The notes beneath the pieces were generated by a model. The model made no database searches. It saw only the letters and a list, made by a program, of their open reading frames with translations, and was not told the origin of the DNA. A stretch of 64,000 nt of DNA from an uncultured virus (IMG/VR IMGVR_UViG_3300009455_000007) (taxonomy: Duplodnaviria; Heunggongvirae; Uroviricota; Caudoviricetes), in the IMG/VR virus record IMGVR_UViG_3300009455_000007; one strand, written 5' to 3'. This document shows positions 56,622 through 64,000 of this stretch, piece by piece (positions within the stretch are counted from its first letter, which is position 1; each line of letters opens with the position of its first letter). The translations under genes were made by a program, and so were the position numbers.

Positions 56622-58295
56622 TCAGGCGACCATGTGGCTGCCGGTGCCACTCAGGGTACCGAGCTTGTCCCTCCAGGACGCGGTCTTCACCTCGTCCGGG
56701 CCCTTGGGCGGCGCCTTCCCCATGCACAGGCGGGTAGCCCAGGAGAGGGCATCCACCACGTCGTCGTGCGCTCCCGCGGGGAAGCGTAGCATCTCCTGCT
56801 CCGCGGCCGAGCGCCACGGTGCGTCTTCGAGGAAGTACACCCGTCCCTGCTGCATGCGCCCCTGGAGCGGGCGCGCGCGGGCGAGCTTGTCGGTCAGCGG
56901 CTTGAGCGTCTCGTACGCCGGGTACACATTCCGCTCCGCCATGCGCTTCTTGAGCATAGGTTCGATGGCCTTGAAGATCTGGCCGTCCTCGAAACCGAGC
57001 AGGTAATCCGTCTGCGGGATCTGGCCCCAGCGCTGGTACACGTCGATGATCGCCTCGACGATGCTGAAGCTGTCCCCCTTCAGCTTGTGCACGTCCAGGA
57101 CGTACAGCGTGTCGGTCGAGTCCTGCATGATCGTGGCACCGACGGTGAAGTCGTTCGTCTGCTTCTCGCCGATCGCGAAGTCCCACGCCGTGTAGATCCG
57201 GCTGTGGCGCATGTCCGGGAACGCGCGCGAGTACCGGAAATACCCCTTCTGGAAGTACATGCCCTCGTCGGGCACCGGGTTCTGCTGGTACAGGGCTGAC
57301 CAGATCCGCGGCGAGAGCGTCGCCTTGATCCGGCCCAGGGCCTCGGGCGGGTAGCGCTCGTTGTGCAGTGCATCACCGGGGATGCGCAGCAGTTCGAACT
57401 CCGCCGGCTCGTACTCCAGGTCCTGGGCCGCCTGGTCGGCGGTGCCGTGGCCCAGGATCCGGTTTCGCATGGCCGCGCCGGCGATATCCTCGGGCAACAG
57501 CTCCGGGTTGCTCGTCCGCAGGATGTGCCCAGTGTCCCGGTGCCGCCACTCGAACTGCTCGGCCATGGCTGGGTAGCGGATCACCTCGAACTGGTCGGCG
57601 TTCGGGTCCCGCTTCGCCGCCTGCTGCAGCCGTCCGGCCAGGTCGTCGTCGTTCCACCAGGTCTCGATCAGCAGCACGCCGCCGCCGGGCGCCAGGCGGG
57701 TGTACGCCGTGGACTGGTACCAGCCCTCCAGCTTGTCGCGCACGTCCGAGTTGTCCGCCTCCTCCAGGTTCTTGATCGGGTCGTCGATGATCAGGATGTG
57801 CGCACCCTTACCCGTGATGCCGCCCCCGACGCCCGCGGCGGTGAACCCGCCGCCCTTCGTCATCTTCCACGCCTCGGCCGCACCAGTGTCCGGATCCAGC
57901 TGGGCTGCGGGAAACAGCTTCTGGTACTCCGCTTCGCGGGCGATTTCGCGCACCTTGCGCGAGAAGATCATCGGCAGGTCCAGGTTGTACCCGGCATTGA
58001 TGATCTCGTGGTCCGGGTGCTGGCCCAGGTGCCAGGCCGGGAACCGGATGCTCGCCAGCTCGCTCTTCCCGTGCCGCGGGGGCACCAGCAGCATAAGCCG
58101 CGGGCTCTTGCCCTCGGCCACTGCCTGGCTGAAGCGCTCCAGCCGCATGCAGATGTCGTGATGTACCCAGCCGGGCTTGTAGCTCGGGTGGGTGATCCGC
58201 GTGAAGTACAGCAGGCGCCGGCGCGCAAGGATGCGCTTGGCGAGCAGCTGCTCCGCGGCGGACTTAGGACTCTGGGGGGCCGTCGTCTGGGTCAT
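56622..58295 (-). CDS. terL: terminase large subunit
   Basis: PPRHGKS, GITGKGA, IIDDPIK, ALYQQ.P, WDFA, FP.G.HDD.VDA. Confidence 0.95.
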   Translation of the reverse strand: MTQTTAPQSPKSAAEQLLAKRILARRRLLYFTRITHPSYKPGWVHHDICMRLERFSQAVAEGKSPRLMLLVPPRHGKSELASIRFPAWHLGQHPDHEIINAGYNLDLPMIFSRKVREIAREAEYQKLFPAAQLDPDTGAAEAWKMTKGGGFTAAGVGGGITGKGAHILIIDDPIKNLEEADNSDVRDKLEGWYQSTAYTRLAPGGGVLLIETWWNDDDLAGRLQQAAKRDPNADQFEVIRYPAMAEQFEWRHRDTGHILRTSNPELLPEDIAGAAMRNRILGHGTADQAAQDLEYEPAEFELLRIPGDALHNERYPPEALGRIKATLSPRIWSALYQQNPVPDEGMYFQKGYFRYSRAFPDMRHSRIYTAWDFAIGEKQTNDFTVGATIMQDSTDTLYVLDVHKLKGDSFSIVEAIIDVYQRWGQIPQTDYLLGFEDGQIFKAIEPMLKKRMAERNVYPAYETLKPLTDKLARARPLQGRMQQGRVYFLEDAPWRSAAEQEMLRFPAGAHDDVVDALSWATRLCMGKAPPKGPDEVKTASWRDKLGTLSGTGSHMVA

Positions 58296-58400
58296 CGAAT
58301 TCCTCCAGCCAGGCGACGAGCGCGCTCCAGCCTATCCACGCCATGCCCCCGCCGATGAGCGCCACAAGGACGATCCATGCCAGCAGGGTGAGCAGGGTGC

Positions 58401-58565
58401 TCACTCGTCGTCTTCGGGCCGGACCGCGGGTTCTTCGGGCAACGGCTCGTCGGCGGGGGCCTCGACGGTCTCGCTGACGGTCGTGCCGGGGTTCTCCTCG
58501 GCGTAGGCCTTCGACACCATCCGGCCGGTGCCGGCGTCACGGTAGATTTTGCGGCGCTTGATCAT
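58401..58565 (-). CDS. small hypothetical protein
   Basis: RDAGTGR.V..A..NP.TTV.E. Confidence 0.55.
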   Translation of the reverse strand: MIKRRKIYRDAGTGRMVSKAYAEENPGTTVSETVEAPADEPLPEEPAVRPEDDE

Positions 58566-59182
58566 TTCGCTTCCTCAGGTTGAACCACGGTGAACTCCCC
58601 TTCGAGCGCGTCGGTGTCGCCTTCGGCCAAACGGAGCAATTCCGTGTCGTCCAGCTGCTGCAGTTTGTGGATGACCACCTGGCCGTTGACCGAAACCTCG
58701 AGTTTGTGGCGCGTCGGCTCGTAAAAACCGCACATTTTGGCCACTTCGCGCCATCCGGCGACCATCACGATCGGATCGGCCTTGATCCGGGCCATGTCGA
58801 TCGCCTCCAGGAAGCCGTCGATGACCTTTTTCTTGGTCATTTGGCTCGCCTGGGCGTATTTCGCCTTCTCGATGGCGATTGCGTGCTGGATTTTTGCGTT
58901 CCCGACGATGGAATTGCGCGTTCCGGGCGAATCACTGTACCCGGCCTGGCGAAGAGCCGCGTTGAAGTTCATTCCGTCGCGCGCGACCGCGTTCACGAAG
59001 AGCTGTTGGCGCTCGGTGAGCACTGTGTCGAGCCTTTCCTTGCCCAAAGTGGCTGATCCGCCCTTGTTTCCGAGCCGAACGGTCGGCGAAGCCTGCCCGG
59101 AGATCGTGTAGCGCGAGGAACGGCGCGGCGGACCCGGCTTCCTGGGCTTTTTTGGCTTGGGTGTCGCGGTTTCCCCGGTCAT
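58562..59182 (-). CDS. terS: terminase small subunit
   Basis: LTERQ..FV..A..AGYS pattern; upstream of terL. Confidence 0.8.
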   Translation of the reverse strand: MTGETATPKPKKPRKPGPPRRSSRYTISGQASPTVRLGNKGGSATLGKERLDTVLTERQQLFVNAVARDGMNFNAALRQAGYSDSPGTRNSIVGNAKIQHAIAIEKAKYAQASQMTKKKVIDGFLEAIDMARIKADPIVMVAGWREVAKMCGFYEPTRHKLEVSVNGQVVIHKLQQLDDTELLRLAEGDTDALEGEFTVVQPEEAK

Positions 59183-59404
59183 GGGCGGGCATTCTTGCAG
59201 AATTTTTTGATTTTTTCAGAAAGTGCTTGACACGAAGAGGCCCGGGGGTACTTCGGATCTAGAACTTTTTGTCTAGTTTCCAGGCAAAAACCGCGAAATT
59301 TTTGTATTTGCGGGGGCGCGAGGTCCTACCCCCTCGGCTCTCGAGGCACCCCCGACTTCGGATCTGGTTTCGGATCCACGGAGTGCCTCGTGACGTGTGG
59401 GTAG

Positions 59405-59428
59405 AGCACGCTCGCAAGCTCGCGTTTG
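59405..59428 (+). promoter_or_regulatory. 24-bp repeated element, copy 1
   Basis: AGCACGCTCGCAAGCTCGCGTTTG, identical to 61220-61243. Confidence 0.6.
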
Positions 59429-59473
59429 TCCTTCGTTGAGTGAGCATCCCGCTCATCCAAACGGAGTATCGCA

Positions 59474-59692
59474 ATGCGTGAGTCCTCTGCCACCACGAAT
59501 ACCGCCGCCACCCTGTCCCCGTACGACACCGGCTATAACGCCGCCTTCGAGCCCTTCGCTGTTGCCGGTGCACAGACCTACGTCATCGCACGTGCCAGTG
59601 TTGCGCACCTCAAGCGTGGTACCTCAGCCACCGCAGGCTTCAGCGTTGGCGCGTTCCACGGCTTCACCGCTGGTTGGAAGTCCGTCAAGTAA
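59474..59692 (+). CDS. early hypothetical protein
   Basis: GGAG SD. Confidence 0.6.
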   Translation: MRESSATTNTAATLSPYDTGYNAAFEPFAVAGAQTYVIARASVAHLKRGTSATAGFSVGAFHGFTAGWKSVK

Positions 59693-59742
59693 TGCCCGCA
59701 CCTCAACCCCGTTGTAGTAACTCACCTATCTGGAGATTCGCC

Positions 59743-60090
59743 ATGACCAAGTCCCTCGACAAAATGACCAAGAGCGAACTGCTCGCCCACATCGCGTCGC
59801 AAGACGCCACCATCAAGGAACAGTCCACGCGCCTCTGCGCCGCAGTGGGCAGCTACCGCGCGCTGCGCGACGAACGCGACACCATCGCCGACAAGCTTGC
59901 CGAGCTCGAAACGCGCCGCAAGTTCGAGAATCAGGCGTTCCGTTCCAAGCTCCGCGGCAAGAACGAGACCAAGCGCAGCAAGCGTGAGGACTGGGCCGCG
60001 TTGAGCCGCGAGTACTGCGCCAAGCACAACGTTTCGACCGTTTCCATGGCCAATCTGCGGGCGTACGCCGCAGCTAAGAACACCGCATGA
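59743..60090 (+). CDS. early coiled-coil protein
   Basis: GGAG SD, MTKSLDK. Confidence 0.7.
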   Translation: MTKSLDKMTKSELLAHIASQDATIKEQSTRLCAAVGSYRALRDERDTIADKLAELETRRKFENQAFRSKLRGKNETKRSKREDWAALSREYCAKHNVSTVSMANLRAYAAAKNTA

Positions 60091-60211
60091 ACAGGCGCCG
60101 TTTCGTCCTGATCCTCATCGTTACAGCCCTACTTTCGGGGCTGTACGCCATCCAACCCGAGGAATGCAGGGGCTTCGGCCCCTCGTTCCCGTCCTACTGC
60201 AAGGACTGACC

Positions 60212-60415
60212 ATGCACAACATCCTGCGTATCTTCGCTGGGCTCAGCCTCATCGCCATGATGCTGCTCAGCATCTTCAACACCTTCGGGGTGATGGGCCT
60301 CATTGGCTACCTCACCACCTCGCTCATCCTTATCTTCGACAAGATCACTGGCCGCAACAAAGCCAAGCGCGAAAGCGCTATGACTGACGGCACGTGGTGG
60401 AGGGACATCAAATGA
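60212..60415 (+). CDS. small membrane protein
   Basis: AAGGA SD; two hydrophobic segments. Confidence 0.6.
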   Translation: MHNILRIFAGLSLIAMMLLSIFNTFGVMGLIGYLTTSLILIFDKITGRNKAKRESAMTDGTWWRDIK

Positions 60416-60627
60416 GCGGAGTCATCGACGATAGAGGAGTGCAGTGGGAACACTGCAGCCTCTGCCACAAGTTCGTACGCCTTACCAACCTAGGCTACGT
60501 CCCCCCACACATCCACCCACCTTACGGACAAGATATCTGCATGGAATGCACAAACATGCACCCGCAGATCGAATCCATCATTCCAGCAAAAAGCTGGATC
60601 GCTGAACGCGAAGGAGCACCGGCATGA
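60412..60627 (+). CDS. small zinc-binding protein
   Basis: CSLC..CMEC. Confidence 0.55.
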   Translation: MSGVIDDRGVQWEHCSLCHKFVRLTNLGYVPPHIHPPYGQDICMECTNMHPQIESIIPAKSWIAEREGAPA

Positions 60628-60766
60628 AAACCAAGCGCCTGCTGGAAATCATCGTTGTGCAGCTCGCCGCACAACGCCACAACGCCAAGGACCAAATCGA
60701 GCTGGCCATCATCGATGACCTCAAGCGCGAAGTTGAACAGCGCGAACAACAACTGGAAGCAATGAC

Positions 60767-61069
60767 ATGATCATTGAATCCGGCATCATCATCTTCGCCG
60801 GCTTGTTGCTCCTCGCAATCAAGCTCCCACTCCGTACTAACCTCAAGCTGCTAGGGCGACCGCTCGCTGTCGACCTTACGGCATCCGTCGTTGCATACAT
60901 CCTCCACTACGGCACCTTCAGCGGCATCATGGCCGCGGCCGTAGCTGGACTGATGACGTCAGGCTTCACTGCCTTTGCGCGCAAGGCAATAGGCCATATC
61001 GAACCCAAGACCGGAACGTATATCCCCGGCTGGTTCGACATGACTGCACGCTTGGAGCAAAAGTCATGA
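60767..61069 (+). CDS. early membrane protein
   Basis: Hydrophobic; GTFSG.MAA..AGL. Confidence 0.7.
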   Translation: MIIESGIIIFAGLLLLAIKLPLRTNLKLLGRPLAVDLTASVVAYILHYGTFSGIMAAAVAGLMTSGFTAFARKAIGHIEPKTGTYIPGWFDMTARLEQKS

Positions 61070-61219
61070 GCCCTGAAGAACAGTTCATGGAGTTCATAGA
61101 CGACATGATCGCTACAAGCAAAAAAGAACGTAAGGCAGTAGCCGAACATCTGCGCGATATCGGCCAAATCGGGTTCTACAAAGAACTCGAATATGCCCCC
61201 TTCGATCAAACACTGCACT

Positions 61220-61243
61220 AGCACGCTCGCAAGCTCGCGTTTG
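61220..61243 (+). promoter_or_regulatory. 24-bp repeated element, copy 2
   Basis: Identical to 59405-59428. Confidence 0.6.
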
Positions 61244-61287
61244 CCCATCTGATTTCGTTCACTCATCCAGTTCTTGGAGAACTCACC

Positions 61288-61512
61288 ATGCGTATCAAGT
61301 GCTCGATCAACAACTCTTCGATGCAGATCATCAACGATGACGGCACGGTCGCTTTCGACTATGCGGTCAAGGAGATTTCCGTCGAAGGCGACATCAACGC
61401 CCTCTTCGCCCTCGGTGAAGAGATTGGCAAGACGATGGCGCAACAAGCTGCTGCCCAAGGCTTCGACGTGCAAAAGGCGCTCGAAGAAGTGGGCAAGGCA
61501 ACCAAGCAGTAA
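61288..61512 (+). CDS. hypothetical protein
   Basis: GGAGA SD. Confidence 0.65.
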   Translation: MRIKCSINNSSMQIINDDGTVAFDYAVKEISVEGDINALFALGEEIGKTMAQQAAAQGFDVQKALEEVGKATKQ

Positions 61513-61650
61513 GCGGTGTGGCCTGCGACCGTGCTAACCCAAACGCAAGGCTTGGGATCGACGCCCCGTAGGAGCAACAACAAAAGACAAACAGGGCGCC
61601 CGCCGGACGATGTGCCCCCGGCACCACCGTTGTAGGAACAAGGAACTACG

Positions 61651-61839
61651 ATGCCACGCATCGATGACGATACAAGCACGCCGTTGGTCTTCACGTCCAA
61701 CACGCAGTGGCTTGAAGAGATCGACAGCAGAAGAAGCTTATCTCCCGAGGAAATGCTCACCGTCCTCGAGGAGATGCTGGAACAGGGTGAGCTAACCCAC
61801 GAAGAACTACTCACATACCTGCAAGACCTCAGGAGTTAA
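61651..61839 (+). CDS. acidic hypothetical protein
   Basis: AAGGA SD. Confidence 0.6.
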   Translation: MPRIDDDTSTPLVFTSNTQWLEEIDSRRSLSPEEMLTVLEEMLEQGELTHEELLTYLQDLRS

Positions 61840-61843
61840 TACC

Positions 61844-62770
61844 ATGTCCAAGAACATCACCAAGACGACCGAAGCGGCCACCACCAACCCCATCATCGCC
61901 GCCGCTCCGGCTCCCATCCACACCAAGAAGTACGCCAACATCACCGACCTGCTCGAAGAGCTGGATCGGCGCAGTCAGTTGGCAGGGCTGAAGAGCCTTG
62001 CCGGCGCGGTGCAGTTCACGATGATCAACACCGCGGACTGGATCGTGCGGCAGCAGATGAAGGGTATCGCCAGCGAGTCCCCGACGCTGGACGAGCGCAA
62101 CATCGCGGACGAATGGACGCGTGGCCAGGATGCGGTGGATCTGATGTCCGCCGAGTTCGGCAACGAACCGCAGCAGAAGCCCGAGGACAAGCTCAAGCAG
62201 TACAGCCACATCTACTACGGCCTCGTGGACAAGATCCGCACCCTCAACCCCGCTCCGTATGAGCGGCCTCGTTCGCTGATCGACACCCTCGCGGAGTTCA
62301 CCCCGCGCGGCGTCGGCCTCAGCGAAGAAGCGATGAAGCTGCTCGAAGCGGCTGAGTCGGAACCGGGCGAGTTCCTCAAGGCTCGCGAGGAGAACAAGGC
62401 GCGGAAGGAAGCAGACATGAAGGAGCGCAAGCCCCAGATCGTCCAGATCCTGAACCTCAACGCGGACTGCATGCCCCTGATCGACACGATCGAGGAACTG
62501 CCGAAGCACGTCCAGTTGCGCCTCGCCACCGCCGCGTGGAAGGGCGTGTACTTCAGCCGGAAGCAGTTGGTGACCTACATCGCCACCTACAACAAGCTGG
62601 ACGACGTGGCCGCCGTGGTGGCCATGGCCGAAGACCTGAAGAAGATCGAGGAGTACTGCAACAACTTCGAGCTGGAGCACAGCCAGTTGTTCGACATGCT
62701 GGAAGAAGCTGGACTGAAGGTCTACGGCATCGCCGACGCGAAGGTCGACGTCAAGAAGCCGCGTAGCTAA
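61844..62770 (+). CDS. hypothetical protein (308 aa)
   Basis: AGGAG SD, strong codon bias, followed by a terminator. Confidence 0.8.
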   Translation: MSKNITKTTEAATTNPIIAAAPAPIHTKKYANITDLLEELDRRSQLAGLKSLAGAVQFTMINTADWIVRQQMKGIASESPTLDERNIADEWTRGQDAVDLMSAEFGNEPQQKPEDKLKQYSHIYYGLVDKIRTLNPAPYERPRSLIDTLAEFTPRGVGLSEEAMKLLEAAESEPGEFLKAREENKARKEADMKERKPQIVQILNLNADCMPLIDTIEELPKHVQLRLATAAWKGVYFSRKQLVTYIATYNKLDDVAAVVAMAEDLKKIEEYCNNFELEHSQLFDMLEEAGLKVYGIADAKVDVKKPRS

Positions 62771-62785
62771 GCAGTAGCTACATCG

Positions 62786-62815
62786 CTAGCCCCTCCTAGG
62801 AGGGGCTAGTGTTTT
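62786..62815 (+). terminator. terminator-like perfect palindrome
   Basis: CTAGCCCCTCCTAGGAGGGGCTAG then TGTTTT. Confidence 0.7.
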
Positions 62816-62836
62816 CAAGACCTGGAACTCACAGGC

Positions 62837-63040
62837 ATGGAATGGAAACACCCTGAAGCGGTCATGCGTTTGCGCATCCAGAACAAGCCTGTGATCTGCT
62901 GGAACTGCGGCGAGTTCATACCCAGCGAGATTGCTGAGCGCCATTGGTGCAAAAAAAGGAACTCCTGCCCAGCCACCGACAAAGAAAAATCCTGGCAATA
63001 CATCTGTGAAGAATTCAATGACCGCCTGGAAGCACCCTGA
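62837..63040 (+). CDS. small Cys-rich paralogue
   Basis: WKHPEAVMRLRI..CWNC..WC..CEEF. Confidence 0.6.
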   Translation: MEWKHPEAVMRLRIQNKPVICWNCGEFIPSEIAERHWCKKRNSCPATDKEKSWQYICEEFNDRLEAP

Positions 63041-63212
63041 AGCCATCATGCGCCAACGGATCCTGGGCCGGGGGGTCAACTGCCACTGGTGCATGTACCA
63101 CAGAGATGGCGCGCTTCCGGAGGATTGGTGCTCTGAGCGAACCCACGACCCATGTCCCGATAAAGACATGAATGAAACGACCTGCGAGGAGTTTTACCCC
63201 TGGCAAAACTAG
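63018..63212 (+). CDS. small Cys-rich paralogue
   Basis: WKHPEAIMRQRILG..CHWC..WC..CEEF. Confidence 0.6.
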   Translation: MTAWKHPEAIMRQRILGRGVNCHWCMYHRDGALPEDWCSERTHDPCPDKDMNETTCEEFYPWQN

Positions 63213-63600
63213 CCACCTAACGAAATTACGCTTTTTTGCCCGAATCCTTACCTTTACTACAAATACTTTTTTCTTCTTACTCTCTTTTTTTCTTTTTCCA
63301 CAACAAACTTCTTCGTTTTTAAAGTGTAAGGAATGTAAGACTCTTATTCTATATAGCTTTCCGCCTTGCACCCCCCTCTCAAACCTCCCCTGTTTCTCGA
63401 AGTCCTCTCATTCCGTGTTTCCGCCGATTCCGAAAATTCATTCAGCTGAAAGTCAGCTTTGTGATTTATTCGTTATTAACCTTTTTCTAACAACAGCTCA
63501 TTTCCTAACGAAATCAGCCACTCCTAACACTTTGAAAACCCGGTTCTGACGAAATTACGCGCCCTTGCCGACCCCCCTGTCTGCGAAGCACACTGGCCCT
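63213..63600. other. candidate replication origin
   Basis: Strongly AT-rich, pyrimidine-skewed non-coding tract flanked by ACGAAATTACGC repeats; upstream of primase. Confidence 0.55.
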
Positions 63601-63631
63601 CCGCTGCACCACCAACCAGGACCCCCGCACC

Positions 63632-64000
63632 ATGGATCTGTTCTTCCTTGAGGCTGACCAGCCAATCACCAAGCGCTACAGCCTCAACACCGACGGATCC
63701 CTGACCAAGCACCCCTACCCCTTCGTCTACCAGGTCACCTCCCACCAGGAGGCCTGTCCTGACCTGCAGACCTTCGAGCAGCTGATCCTCAAACACGCCA
63801 AGCTGGGCCACACCCTGGTCAAGGGCGCCCTCACCAGGCCCCTGATCAACGAGTCCCGCGCTGGGACTATCGACCCTGAGGCACCTACCTCCTGGATCTG
63901 CCTGGACCTGGACGGCATCGACCAGTTCCAGTCAGTCGACCTGTTCCTGGAGGCCATCGGCTGCCACGACGTGGATTACGTGCTCCAGTGGTCATCGAGC
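63632..64000 (+). CDS. primase / primase-polymerase, 5' part (runs off window)
   Basis: MDLFFLEAD..KG.L.RPL.NESRAG..WICLDLDG (DxD), open to window end. Confidence 0.7.
   Translation, partial: MDLFFLEADQPITKRYSLNTDGSLTKHPYPFVYQVTSHQEACPDLQTFEQLILKHAKLGHTLVKGALTRPLINESRAGTIDPEAPTSWICLDLDGIDQFQSVDLFLEAIGCHDVDYVLQWSSS

Noticed and set aside
1..64000. Prophage with host flanks or a lysogeny module
   Set aside because: No integrase, repressor or bacterial housekeeping genes seen; part of the genome lies outside the window, so lifestyle is unresolved.

Overview
The window is most of the genome of a GC-rich, tailed dsDNA bacteriophage (Caudoviricetes), probably a podovirus with a Gram-negative host, since it encodes a two-component spanin. 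It has two oppositely oriented halves. The plus strand (59.4-64 kb, continuing at 1-20.7 kb) carries early and replication genes: many small ORFs, a candidate origin, the start of a primase, a MoxR-like AAA ATPase with a peptidase-VWA partner, a PD-(D/E)XK nuclease, an SNF2 helicase, a family A DNA polymerase, a J-domain protein, a tRNA(CAT), an SSB-like protein, HNH, a 3'-5' exonuclease, a dNMP kinase, a TraR/DksA-like protein and a GP88-like protein. The minus strand (59.2 kb down to 20.8 kb) carries terminase, portal, scaffold, major capsid protein, adaptor, a lysis cassette, tail and ejection proteins (one of 2370 aa) and a multi-gene fibre module. Several genes resemble N4-like counterparts, but I saw no RNA polymerase, integrase, reverse transcriptase or CRISPR array. 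Best leads: (1) a membrane-anchored PAS-domain gene coupled to the holin / signal-peptide endolysin / spanin cassette, suggesting sensor-controlled lysis; (2) an expanded family of about 9 small Cys-rich paralogues with a shared basic N-terminal motif; (3) intergenic hairpin trains containing mini-helices that end in RCCA, one beside an fMet-like tRNA with a swapped acceptor stem; (4) an in-frame amber codon in a patchwork ORF between scaffold and capsid genes. All calls come from reading motifs by eye; no database search or folding program was run.
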